Below, in pieces: positions 1 through 9,514 of a stretch of 64,000 nucleotides of DNA. This DNA is from a bacterium (GTDB taxonomy: Bacteria; Hinthialibacterota; Hinthialibacteria; Hinthialibacterales; Hinthialibacteraceae), in assembly GCA_963663405.2 (NCBI GenBank), contig CAXXSM010000021.1:76519-140518 (forward strand). Direction: 5' to 3'. Below the pieces are notes generated by a model. That model was not told the origin of the DNA, made no database searches, and saw nothing but the letters and a program-made list of their open reading frames with translations. Each line of letters begins with the position of its first letter. Position 1 is the stretch's first letter. The position numbers were made by a program, and so were the translations under genes.

Positions 1-1
1 C

Positions 2-1030
2 ATTACTGGCGCGGTTACGGAACGAGCGCTCTATGCGCTGGACAATATAAATGGGCATCTCCTAGTTTATAATCGTGAGACGGGCGCGTTTGAGCCGATT
101 TACAATCGATCGGACAACACACTCGCATCCTCTGATCGTGTTTTTGTACGAATTCCATCGCGGGGATTCGTCACCGCGCAAAATAGTGGACTGGGATATA
201 TTCATTGGATTGACGATGATGGCACAGTCACCAAATTGGCGGATGGATTCGATGGGATCACAGACCTGGCTTGGCTTGAGGGATGGGGCGTCTTCGCGCT
301 TTCTGAAAATGGCTGGGTTCGATCTCTAAATCTCTCCTTTTCCGATGAAACAGTTGATCAAACAGCCACGTCAACACCCACGCCCGATACTGGGACCATC
401 GAACCAACGGTGATACCCTCTCGAAATACACCTATTCCGGTAGAAGAGAGTCCAATTCCCATCGATAATCTAAACACTTCCACTCCTACACCAACAAATA
501 CATCGGCTCCAACACCGACATCGACCGCTACGCCGACACCGACATCAACTTCAACACCAACACTTACATCGACCCTAGTTCCGACATCAACATCCACGCA
601 GGTACCAACAGCAACGGAAACAGCGGCGCCTACATCTACACCAACGCCGGTTCCCACAACGACAGAGACACCGGCTCCAACATCTACGGCAACGCCGGTT
701 CCCACAGCGACAGAGACACCGGCTCCAACATCTACGGCAACACCGATTCCAACAGCGACAGAGACACCGGCTCCAACATCTACGGCAACACCGATTCCAA
801 CAGCGACAGAGACACCGGCTCCAACATCTACGGCAACACCGATTCCAACAGCGACAGAGACACCGGCTCCAACATCTACGGCAACGCCGGTTCCTACAGC
901 GACAGAAACGCTAACGCCGACATCTACACCAACGCCGATTCCAACAGCAACACCCACTCCAACATTTACAGCGACGCCTACTCCTACATCTTTAATTGAC
1001 ACACCCGTCCTTGATTGGCGCCTTCATTAA
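2..1030 (+). CDS. Secreted/surface protein, 5'-partial, with long Thr/Pro-rich C-terminal linker
   Basis: Frame is open from position 2 to TAA at 1030. TPTP-rich tail ends ...[10 protein letters not shown]. Confidence 0.8.
   Translation: MTGAVTERALYALDNINGHLLVYNRETGAFEPIYNRSDNTLASSDRVFVRIPSRGFVTAQNSGLGYIHWIDDDGTVTKLADGFDGITDLAWLEGWGVFALSENGWVRSLNLSFSDETVDQTATSTPTPDTGTIEPTVIPSRNTPIPVEESPIPIDNLNTSTPTPTNTSAPTPTSTATPTPTSTSTPTLTSTLVPTSTSTQVPTATETAAPTSTPTPVPTTTETPAPTSTATPVPTATETPAPTSTATPIPTATETPAPTSTATPIPTATETPAPTSTATPIPTATETPAPTSTATPVPTATETLTPTSTPTPIPTATPTPTFTATPTPTSLIDTPVLDWRLH
662..905 (+). repeat. Intragenic 48-bp tandem repeat, about 5 copies ([12 protein letters not shown][IV]PTA)
   Basis: Unit acagagacaccggctccaacatctacggcaac(a/g)ccg(a/g)ttccaacagcg read directly in the sequence. 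Confidence 0.9.
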
Positions 1031-1113
1031 TTTCATCGCGAAATCCGGCTACACAAACAAAAGAACTGTATCTTGATCTGCTCTCCTTACACTGTTGATA
1101 GTGTGTAAATAGC

Positions 1114-1383
1114 ATGTCGTCTCCCAAAGAGATTATCGCCTACATTTCTTCTCCCACGGGAATGGAAGGTTTTGAATATGATCTGCATAACTCCCCAATT
1201 AAATTGGCGGATCTGCCCTTCCCAAACGGTCAATACACCGCGCATTATTTCGATCTAAAATCGGGCCCGGCCGGTTCGAGAAAACGGACAATTCATGATG
1301 GAAGGGCGTCCTTTGGCGCGCCCATTTTTATTGATGATCTCGCGATTCATATCATTCACCCCTCCTACGATCAAACCCAATAA
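1114..1383 (+). CDS. Small hypothetical protein, possibly a C-terminal gene remnant
   Basis: 89-aa ORF with beta-sandwich-like composition and no clear RBS. Confidence 0.35.
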   Translation: MSSPKEIIAYISSPTGMEGFEYDLHNSPIKLADLPFPNGQYTAHYFDLKSGPAGSRKRTIHDGRASFGAPIFIDDLAIHIIHPSYDQTQ

Positions 1384-1536
1384 AACCTGCGTTAAACTTT
1401 TTTGCCTTCCCATTGCCTTCTTTGAAGCTTTCCTGCATTTTTCTGTGTCTTATACATTGAAAGGCAGAAAACGAAAGCGCGCTTTCCAAAACACAACAAA
1501 GAAAACAAACACAAAAATAAAAGAGGAGTTAGTACA

Positions 1537-2421
1537 ATGAATCGAGGATTGTTAGTCAAACGAGCCGTATGGGTAATGGGAATCGTGATGGTCCTTTCGT
1601 GCGTGGGGATGGCGTTGCCCGCCACCTCCCAGATTCTGACATTGGGAAACAACAATAGCGCTGCAAATGGAAACATACGTGTCATCGGCGCCGGTCAGAG
1701 CAACCAAGTTAGAACCGGTCTTATCGGAACCACGGATGACGATGAGGAACTCATTTCCATCGATGGCGTTGGTATTCCCGTCTCACTAATTGATGAATTG
1801 ATTGGCGAAGATGGGGATATTGACGAACTGCCGGAAGTCACTGAAAACAATCTCCGCCGTTGGTATCGCTGGTGCTGTCGTTGCTGCTGCTGGTGTTTAC
1901 CGTGCCGTTGTTTGAAACCCAGAATGATGGGCGTTCTGACCTCTGTCTCCGAGGATGAAGTCACACTGATCAATGGCTTGGTCACCGTCGATATCTCCGA
2001 AGCGAAAATCTACTTCCCCCCCTGGCGCCGCGCTCTAGAGGTGGATGAAACAGAGGAAGAGGTTGAACCCACCCTCCAAGTGGGTGACCGGGTGAAAATT
2101 TTTGGAACGACTTCAGAAGAAGGCGATTTTATAGCGAAATGGGTCGTGGTTGTTCCTCCTCTCGGAGAAGGGATAATCGCCGGCCGGTTGGAAGAATACT
2201 ATCCTGACGCGGGCGTCTTTGGCGCCGCGGGTCAAAAAATCATCTTCGACGATGAAACCATCATCGTGTACAGGATGAGACGCGTTCAGGCGGCGGATGT
2301 CGATTGGACACGGAGAATCTGCGTCCGCGCTCATGTCGAATCCCTCACTCCAGAAGATTCGGGTATACTGCGCGCGATCTTTATCGTAGTCAAATTCTTA
2401 CCCGATCCAGTAGAGCCGTAA
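1537..2421 (+). CDS. Secreted protein with DUF5666-like (OB-type) repeats and a Cys cluster
   Basis: GAGGAG RBS, signal peptide, LQVGDRVKIFG and FDDETII DUF5666-like segments, WCCRCCCWCLPCRC motif. Confidence 0.7.
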   Translation: MNRGLLVKRAVWVMGIVMVLSCVGMALPATSQILTLGNNNSAANGNIRVIGAGQSNQVRTGLIGTTDDDEELISIDGVGIPVSLIDELIGEDGDIDELPEVTENNLRRWYRWCCRCCCWCLPCRCLKPRMMGVLTSVSEDEVTLINGLVTVDISEAKIYFPPWRRALEVDETEEEVEPTLQVGDRVKIFGTTSEEGDFIAKWVVVVPPLGEGIIAGRLEEYYPDAGVFGAAGQKIIFDDETIIVYRMRRVQAADVDWTRRICVRAHVESLTPEDSGILRAIFIVVKFLPDPVEP

Positions 2422-2456
2422 ATAAACGAACCACTCCACACACTTTCATTTGTTCG

Positions 2457-2490
2457 CCGGGAAGCGTTCACACGCAACCCGGTTTTTTTT
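2457..2490 (+). terminator. Probable intrinsic terminator
   Basis: ccggg...gcg/cgc...cccgg hairpin followed by T8. Confidence 0.55.
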
Positions 2491-2523
2491 CATAAATCAA
2501 AAATTATCACAAAATCGATTGAC

Positions 2524-2561
2524 GTAACACTATTTACAAATTCGTGTTACATGTATATGAT
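2524..2561 (+). promoter_or_regulatory. NikR-like palindromic operator overlapping a sigma70 promoter
   Basis: GTAACAC-N13-GTGTTAC at 2524-2550 overlaps TTTACA-N17-TATGAT at 2533-2561. Confidence 0.65.
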
Positions 2562-2621
2562 AAAATCAACTCACCTGAAAGTCCGGTTGAGCGTAAACGA
2601 TTTATTGAAAGAGAGAAGACA

Positions 2622-3401
2622 ATGAAAAAAACGATCTTTTACGGTACTCTTATGGCAGCAGTATTTGCTTCCAGCGCATTCGCTCACTTTCCAATGTTAA
2701 CATGTGACACGATCTTTGGAGAGTCCAACCAACCCGTCCAAATCGTATTCGCTGTTGGGCATCCTTATGAACAGGAATACGAAAACGCGATGAAACCAGA
2801 GCGGGTAACAGCGATTCTTCCAAACGGAAATACGATGGATCTCACCGCTCAATTGCAAGAGAAAAAGATCCCTTACAAGGGAGAATCCGTTATTGCTTGG
2901 AATCTGGAATACAAACCGAGACGAAGAGGGGATACGATCATCGCGTTGGATACAAAACCACACATCGGTGAAAATAACACACTCTATCAGGAATACGTAA
3001 AATTAATCGTTCATACTGAAAGCGAAAGAGGCTGGCGCCAACGGACGGGGAAACCTCTTGAAATCGTTCCTCTCACCCGCCCCTATGGAATCGAAGAGGG
3101 CGAAGTCTTTACCGCGCAGTTGATGAAAGGAGACGCGCCGGTCGCGGATGAGACCGTCTATATTGAGCGGTTCCTCATGCAAGCCCCAGATCCCGATGAT
3201 CTCCCGCCCGAACCTCTCATCACAAAATCCGTCGTCACCGATCCCAACGGCGTTTTTTCCTGCACGCTGCTAAAGCCGGGTTGGTGGATCTGCGCGGCGG
3301 AAGTAGATGATTTGGGCAAAATCGAACGGGATGGAAAAACAATGACTCTCGAAGCGCTGACAGGCTTGTGGATTCACGTGGAAAAGAAGCAAAAACAGTA
3401 A
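2622..3401 (+). CDS. DUF4198 family periplasmic protein (Ni/Co uptake-associated)
   Basis: Signal peptide ending AFA-H (N-terminal His), GHPYE, LEIVPLTRPYG and TDPNGVF motifs. Confidence 0.85.
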   Translation: MKKTIFYGTLMAAVFASSAFAHFPMLTCDTIFGESNQPVQIVFAVGHPYEQEYENAMKPERVTAILPNGNTMDLTAQLQEKKIPYKGESVIAWNLEYKPRRRGDTIIALDTKPHIGENNTLYQEYVKLIVHTESERGWRQRTGKPLEIVPLTRPYGIEEGEVFTAQLMKGDAPVADETVYIERFLMQAPDPDDLPPEPLITKSVVTDPNGVFSCTLLKPGWWICAAEVDDLGKIERDGKTMTLEALTGLWIHVEKKQKQ

Positions 3402-3568
3402 TAATACAATCATCCTCTTCAATCCTTTCATTCTAACGTTCCAGCGTGTTGCCCTATTCCCATCATGTGGCTAAAATAATTCTTTTACTTTATGTATCCA
3501 TTATCCATAAGCCTGAAACGGCTTCACAGCCGCCTGCAAGACTATTCCCATGCGTCACGGAGATTGAA

Positions 3569-5095
3569 ATGAACGGCAAGTTTTACCTCACTACGGCGAT
3601 TTCGTATGTCAACGCGCGTCCTCACATTGGGCACGCCTATGAGTTTATCGCATCGGATGCGATCTGCCGTTTCCGCCGGATGCAGGGCAAAAAGGTCTTT
3701 TTTCTTTCCGGGGTGGACGAACACAGCGCCCAGGTCGAGAAATCCGCGAAGGATGAAGGCGCGCCGCTGCCCGAATACTGCGACCGTATGGCGGCTCTCT
3801 TCAAAGACCTGCACGAGCGCGTCGATTCCAGCCTGGATGGATTCATCCGCACCAGCGAACCACGCCACCATGACACAACGAAGGAAATGCTGCGCCGCTC
3901 GTATGAAAAAGGCGATATCTATAAAGGATCGTACAAAGGCTGGTATTGCTATTCCTGCGAAGCGTACTATCAAGAGAAGGAACTCACGGAAGGGAATTGC
4001 CCCGTCCACAACCGCCCGGCGCAATGGATCGAGGAAGAGAATTATTTCTTCAAATTAAGTTCGTATACAGAACAACTCAAACGCCATTACGAAGAATGCC
4101 CGTCCTTCGTCCAGCCGGACACATACCGGAACGAGATGCTTGCGCTGATGGATCGTGGTTTGCAGGACATCAGTATATCCCGGTCCACCACGTCGTGGGG
4201 AATCCCTCTGCCCTGGGACAGCGGCCATGTCGCCTATGTCTGGTTCGACGCGCTTTCGAACTACCTCACCGGCGTTGGTTTTTTGAAAGACGATGAGTTG
4301 TTCGACACATTCTGGCCCGCCGACGTTCATATAATCGGAAAAGACATCAATCGCTTCCACAGCGTGTTCTGGCCCGCCATGCTTCTTTCCACAGATCTTC
4401 CATTGCCCGAACAAGTGTTTGTGCATGGATTCATCTATCATCGCGGCGAAAAAATGTCTAAAACCATCGGCAACATTGTCGATCCGTATTCGCTATTAGA
4501 TCAGTATGGATGCGATCCCCTGCGTTATTTCCTCCTGCGGGAAATCGCGTTTGGTCAGGATGGCAACTATTCCGAAGAAACCCTGATCACCCGCTATAAC
4601 GCCGACTTGGCCAATGACCTGGGCAATCTATTTTCCCGCGTTTTGTCCATGATCAAGAAATATCGGGATAGCGTGGTTCCCTCCGCTGCGGGAACGGACG
4701 ATTCGCTCCGGGACGCTGCGCGGGCGGCAGTCTCCGCATACGAAGGGCATATGGAGAAATACACGCTTCATCTTGCCCTTATCAGTGTGTGGGAACTGAT
4801 CTCCCACGCCAACCGCTACGTCGACGAACAAGCCCCCTGGGCCTTGGTGAAGGACGAGAGTAAAGCGGAAATTCTCGATCGGGTTTTGCTCAATCTTGCG
4901 GAAATGCTGCGGACCACGGCGGTTTTGATCTATCCCTTTATGCCAGCGACAGCGGTGGAGATGTTAACACGTCTCGCCTGTCCAACCGAAACCGGTTATC
5001 CGCTGCTAACCGATCTTAAAAAAGCCGATCTTACCGCAGGCAAAACCGTCACACCCGGCGCGCCCCTCTTCCCACGGTTGGATCGAAACGGTTGA
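3569..5095 (+). CDS. metG: Methionine--tRNA ligase, short form without C-terminal tRNA-binding domain
   Basis: HIGH and KMSKT motifs, YVWFDAL, single Zn knuckle. Confidence 0.97.
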   Translation: MNGKFYLTTAISYVNARPHIGHAYEFIASDAICRFRRMQGKKVFFLSGVDEHSAQVEKSAKDEGAPLPEYCDRMAALFKDLHERVDSSLDGFIRTSEPRHHDTTKEMLRRSYEKGDIYKGSYKGWYCYSCEAYYQEKELTEGNCPVHNRPAQWIEEENYFFKLSSYTEQLKRHYEECPSFVQPDTYRNEMLALMDRGLQDISISRSTTSWGIPLPWDSGHVAYVWFDALSNYLTGVGFLKDDELFDTFWPADVHIIGKDINRFHSVFWPAMLLSTDLPLPEQVFVHGFIYHRGEKMSKTIGNIVDPYSLLDQYGCDPLRYFLLREIAFGQDGNYSEETLITRYNADLANDLGNLFSRVLSMIKKYRDSVVPSAAGTDDSLRDAARAAVSAYEGHMEKYTLHLALISVWELISHANRYVDEQAPWALVKDESKAEILDRVLLNLAEMLRTTAVLIYPFMPATAVEMLTRLACPTETGYPLLTDLKKADLTAGKTVTPGAPLFPRLDRNG

Positions 5096-5330
5096 TTTCA
5101 ATTCCCGGCGTTCTGTCAATTCATACATTCAATTCAAAAAAACAATAATTCTCTACTTCCCGCATTACGAACCAATCAAATCCTTTCGACAATTCTTTAC
5201 AACTTTTTTGCCAGGAAAAATTTATTAATGATATATTGTCTGCGTCATTATCTCTTCTTTGTATAATTTATGTTTAGGGCCGCACAGCCCTTGGTGGAAA
5301 ATAATCAATCAGTGTGTTTGGAGAAGGTTT

Positions 5331-7928
5331 ATGAGTCTCGACCAGTCTCATTTTCGTTATTTCCCATTCTATAGAACCCACTCATCAGGCAATAAACAAA
5401 ATACTTCCTGGACATCCCCTCATGTCCTCATTGGAATACTCATCATCCTTGTTGGATTACTGGCGCCACAAATCAGTCATGCGGAGAAGACGCTTCTTGG
5501 GATCGGCCCGGTTAAATCCGTCGCGTTCTCTCCCGATGGGCGATATGTGGCCACCGCTGGGGATATTGGTGTGATCGTGTGGGATATCAGCAGCGGCGCC
5601 GCGATCCTGATTCATTGGTACAAGGACCACACGGGCGCCGTTCGATCCGTCGCGTTTTCTCCTGACAGTACGAAATTGGTCACTGGCAGTGTGGATACGA
5701 CGGCGATTATCTGGGATCTCGAAGGGGGAGTGGATACCGTTTTTGAGGGACATTCCGCCTGGGTATTATCAGCTGTCTTTTCCCCCGATGGCGCAACGAT
5801 CCTAACTGCGGGACTTGATAACGCCGCCCGTGTCTATGATCCAGAGGCGGATGAACAGACGCTGGTCATTCGTGACCGGTTTACCGACTTTCTCACGGCG
5901 GTTTTTTCTCCCAATGCGAGTAGCATTTTAACCGGTGGACGGAACGGCCGGGTTGTTTTATGGGATCCGGCCAATGGATTGGAACTCCTCGCGTTTGAAG
6001 GTCATACAGGGGATGTCCCATCAGCCGCCTTCTCCCCCAATGGCAGATGGATCATTACGGGCAGCATGGATGGCACGGCGAAAATCTGGCAGGTTTCGGA
6101 TGGCTCCGAGCTGTTTTCTCTCACCGAACACAATGGTGGAGTGCCCGCCGTCGCGTTCTCTCCCGATAACGCTTATGTGTTGACAGGCGGGGAAGATGGA
6201 ACCGCCATTCTCTGGGACGTGGAAACGGGGGAATCGATCCGAGTTTTTGAAGGTCATTCTCAACCCATTCGATCTGTCGCATTTTCCCCGGATGGTTTGA
6301 AAGTACTAACTGGAAGTGATGATGAAACCGCCCGGCTTTGGGATATCTCCGATCTTTATCCAGCCCCGGAAGCCGAAGTGTCCATCGGTGGAGGCGCCTA
6401 TGGCGCCCAATCCGGCGCGTATGTTCCCATCGATATTCGAATCGATAATTTGCAAAGCACGCGGACGATCAGTTTTGAATTGGGCTTCGATTCCGAATTG
6501 TTAGAATATGCCGGTGAGGTTTCTATCGTAGAAACCATGTTGACATCCTGGGCGCTGGCGGACGCGTACGAAATCGCGCCGGGTACGGTCCGCGTATCGG
6601 CGGCGGCGCTTGGAGGAGCGGCGGTCAACGGAAGTGGCACATTAATGACGATTCTCTTTAAGGTCAAAGATGAGATCGCAGGCGGCCGGTACACTTCGAT
6701 TACCTTCAACCGATTGTTTGACAATTTGACCACAGTCACGCCGTTGGATATCGCTGTGCCAATCGGCTTGAAGGGAGATGTGGATGGGAGCGGTTATGTG
6801 ACGGCCGCGGATGTACAGATGACATTCGAGATTTCTCTCGGCCGGTTTCTTCCATCCGTCTATCAACAATGGGCGGGGGAATTTACGAGTGATGGAGTGA
6901 TCACCGCTCTTGATGTGCAGCGGGTTTTCCAAGCCTCACTTGGACGCGACACGGAGTACAGCGCGAAACGGATCGTATCCGGCCGCAGTGTGCTAACGCC
7001 GGTGCTCAAGATCGATGATGTGACGGCTCTGCCCGGTGAAGAGATCTCCATTCCTGTGACCATTGAACCAAATTCCCGTGTTGCGGCGTTTTTGATCGAT
7101 TTGCAATACGACATCTCTCGTCTTGTTTTCAATGGGATCGATAAAGAAGGCATGTTAACCGAAGAATTTGGATTCACGGAAGCGTATGAAAAATCGCCTG
7201 GCTCGATCCGGATTTCCGCCGCCGCTCTCGACGCCGCGCCGATTCGAAATGTTGGTACGCTGTTCAATCTAAAATTTACGGTGAATGAAGCCGCTTTCGG
7301 CGCCGCGTCCGTATGGATTCAGGCCCTTGCCGATGACTTGGCGGAAGCGTCGGCGATTGATGGTTTGGTCACAATCAAGGCCGGGGAAGATCTAGAACCA
7401 GACACTCCAGGAGATTCGTTCGATCCGTATATCATCTACCCATTTGATTCGGAAAGCGAGTACATCGAAATCCCCGGAGGCTGGACCCAAGCGCCGGCCG
7501 GTTCGGTCACACTCGGTGAGATCCCCTGGCAGATGTCTGATTACACCGACGGCTTCGGAGCCATCATTACAACCGGGCCGGGCGAGGTGGAAATATTGCA
7601 ATTCCCAGAAATCGATGCGGGGGATTCGATGGTTCTTATACAAATATCCATTTATTCAGACAGGGAAACCAGTGTCACTTTAGCGGCGATAGACGGCGCG
7701 ATGGACGGCTCCCACATCGCCAACACTCCCGCCTACACCGCCCTCAATCCAAACCAGTACACCCGCCTGTCGATTACATACGATCCCCCCGGAACGACGG
7801 TCATCCCCATCCTCCAAACCGCCAATCCAACGGGTATCGATACCGCCAAAACCTACATTGACAACCTGAAAATCTATCTCCTCCCCAAAACCGCGTTAAT
7901 TCCTGTGTCCCTTTTGTATGGTGAATAA
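5331..7928 (+). CDS. Secreted WD40 propeller protein with cohesin, dockerin and second cohesin domains
   Basis: About 7 GH...WD repeats, two cohesin-like segments (FDSELLEY; YDISRLVF), dockerin GDVDGSGYVTAAD...DGVITALD. Confidence 0.8.
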   Translation: MSLDQSHFRYFPFYRTHSSGNKQNTSWTSPHVLIGILIILVGLLAPQISHAEKTLLGIGPVKSVAFSPDGRYVATAGDIGVIVWDISSGAAILIHWYKDHTGAVRSVAFSPDSTKLVTGSVDTTAIIWDLEGGVDTVFEGHSAWVLSAVFSPDGATILTAGLDNAARVYDPEADEQTLVIRDRFTDFLTAVFSPNASSILTGGRNGRVVLWDPANGLELLAFEGHTGDVPSAAFSPNGRWIITGSMDGTAKIWQVSDGSELFSLTEHNGGVPAVAFSPDNAYVLTGGEDGTAILWDVETGESIRVFEGHSQPIRSVAFSPDGLKVLTGSDDETARLWDISDLYPAPEAEVSIGGGAYGAQSGAYVPIDIRIDNLQSTRTISFELGFDSELLEYAGEVSIVETMLTSWALADAYEIAPGTVRVSAAALGGAAVNGSGTLMTILFKVKDEIAGGRYTSITFNRLFDNLTTVTPLDIAVPIGLKGDVDGSGYVTAADVQMTFEISLGRFLPSVYQQWAGEFTSDGVITALDVQRVFQASLGRDTEYSAKRIVSGRSVLTPVLKIDDVTALPGEEISIPVTIEPNSRVAAFLIDLQYDISRLVFNGIDKEGMLTEEFGFTEAYEKSPGSIRISAAALDAAPIRNVGTLFNLKFTVNEAAFGAASVWIQALADDLAEASAIDGLVTIKAGEDLEPDTPGDSFDPYIIYPFDSESEYIEIPGGWTQAPAGSVTLGEIPWQMSDYTDGFGAIITTGPGEVEILQFPEIDAGDSMVLIQISIYSDRETSVTLAAIDGAMDGSHIANTPAYTALNPNQYTRLSITYDPPGTTVIPILQTANPTGIDTAKTYIDNLKIYLLPKTALIPVSLLYGE

Positions 7929-8007
7929 ACAAGGATGGAACGCCTTTCTTTATTCCCCCTATTCTTCATTCAGAGATAACCTTAAAATGCTGTAATATTT
8001 ACACAAA

Positions 8008-9159
8008 TTAACTATAAAATCTACACTCCTTCGCCGCCTCCCATAGCGCGACGATATTCTCCGCTGGGACATCCGCTTGGGTATTGTGCACTGTGTTAAA
8101 TACATATCCCCCGCCCGGTTTAAATGCGCTCATCAGTTCGTTCACCTGCCCGCGCACTTCTTCTGGCGAGCCATGTGAATAGACGCCCTGCGAGTCGATT
8201 CCACCGCCCCAAAATGTCAGCTGGTCTCCGTAGTTCTCTTTCAAAAATGTGGGAGTCATTCCATTGGCGCTGATTTGGATTGGATTGAGTATATCTATTC
8301 CATTATTAATTATGTCAGGCAAATATTCAACAACAGAACCGCAGGAATGATACCAAAGTTTCGCTTTGGTTTTCGAACGGATAAAATCATAGAGCGCTTT
8401 CTGACGCGGCTGTACGAGACGATGGTATATCCCCGGTGAAAAGAGAGGTCCCGCTTGCATCGCGATGTCATCGCCCACACAGACAACATGTAAGTATTCT
8501 CCCACCTCATCCAGAAACACATCATGAAAATCCAACCAGAACTGCAGCGTATGATCCAGCAATTTCTCCACATAGCGCGGCTCTTCCACCATGTCCATAT
8601 ACAAGTTTTCAAATCCGCGCATGTACCAGCAAATCTCAAACACCACCCCGGTAATCCACACTCACCAACGCATATCCTGTCTCGTCTGTAAGCCGTTTGG
8701 CATATTCTTTCAAACCTTGAAACGATGAAGGATCGCGTCCATCAGGCCAGTCATAATGGTCGATATCATCGTATTTCAAATCCGCAAGTGGATGTTCGAT
8801 AATATCCAAATACAGCCCTTCCCCCGGCCGCTTGCCCGGCATCGCCCAGACTACGCCAAATCCATCGCGAATTCCCCAATACCCAGGCTTCACTTCGCGC
8901 AACTCCGGCGCTGGAGAAAACATGCCAGGCCGGACATATCGCGTATCAATATCGAATATCTCCAACACCGCCTCACTTGGAGCAGCCAACTGCTGCACCA
9001 CATCCATAATCTGAATCTCTTCATCAAGCCCATAGTAATCCAAAACGTTCTGATACGCCGGCCCGGTGAATCCCCGTCTGATTCCCCCCCAAGTCCAAAG
9101 GCACCCGGTCCGGCTCGCAGTGATCCAGCGCAGTCAAAAGACGCTCTCTCTGAATTCAT
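8008..9159 (-). CDS. Uroporphyrinogen decarboxylase / MtaA-CmuA family protein, split by about 3 frameshifts
   Basis: Joined frames read MNS(R)ERLLTALDHCEPDRVPLDLGG...MRGFEN...GDD...YHSCG...GGGYVFNTVHN. Confidence 0.8.
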
Positions 9160-9356
9160 CAACAATTCTCCATCTATAAAAAATCTCAATCATCCACATA
9201 TTAGCGTAAAGGACATAAGATTGTAATATGATTTAAAACGAAACCCAGCCTACCCACATTCAAATCAACGAGTATGATCGATATCGAAACCTGCAGGCCG
9301 AAGGCCAAAGGAAAAAACCTTCCACCTTCAGTCTTCATCCTATTTACCTAATTTTG

Positions 9357-9394
9357 GTGGGTGGCCAGGGCAAGGGTTTTTCATCTGCCTTGGC
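9357..9394 (+). repeat. REP-like hairpin (GTGG class), copy 1
   Basis: gtgggtggccagggcaag...ctgccttggc, similar to 27802-27860 and 39226-39261 in the opposite orientation. Confidence 0.55.
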
Positions 9395-9514
9395 GCTACG
9401 TTCCGGAAAATTATGGCAATGGGAGAACAAAGCCTTCTCATTGGCGCCCAGACGATCAATATCACAACCTGCAGATAGTTGGGGCGTCCAACAATAAAAA
9501 AATATACAAACAGA

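Noticed and set aside
662-905. 48-bp tandem repeats as a CRISPR array
   Set aside because: They are contiguous in-frame coding repeats with no unique spacers.
358-1002. 214-aa Val/Gly-rich minus-strand ORF
   Set aside because: It is the antisense shadow of the Thr/Pro repeat gene.
8008-9159. Alternative genetic code or programmed frameshifting explaining split genes
   Set aside because: The breaks are frame changes rather than in-frame stops, all three stop codons terminate intact genes, and no consistent slippery motif is present.
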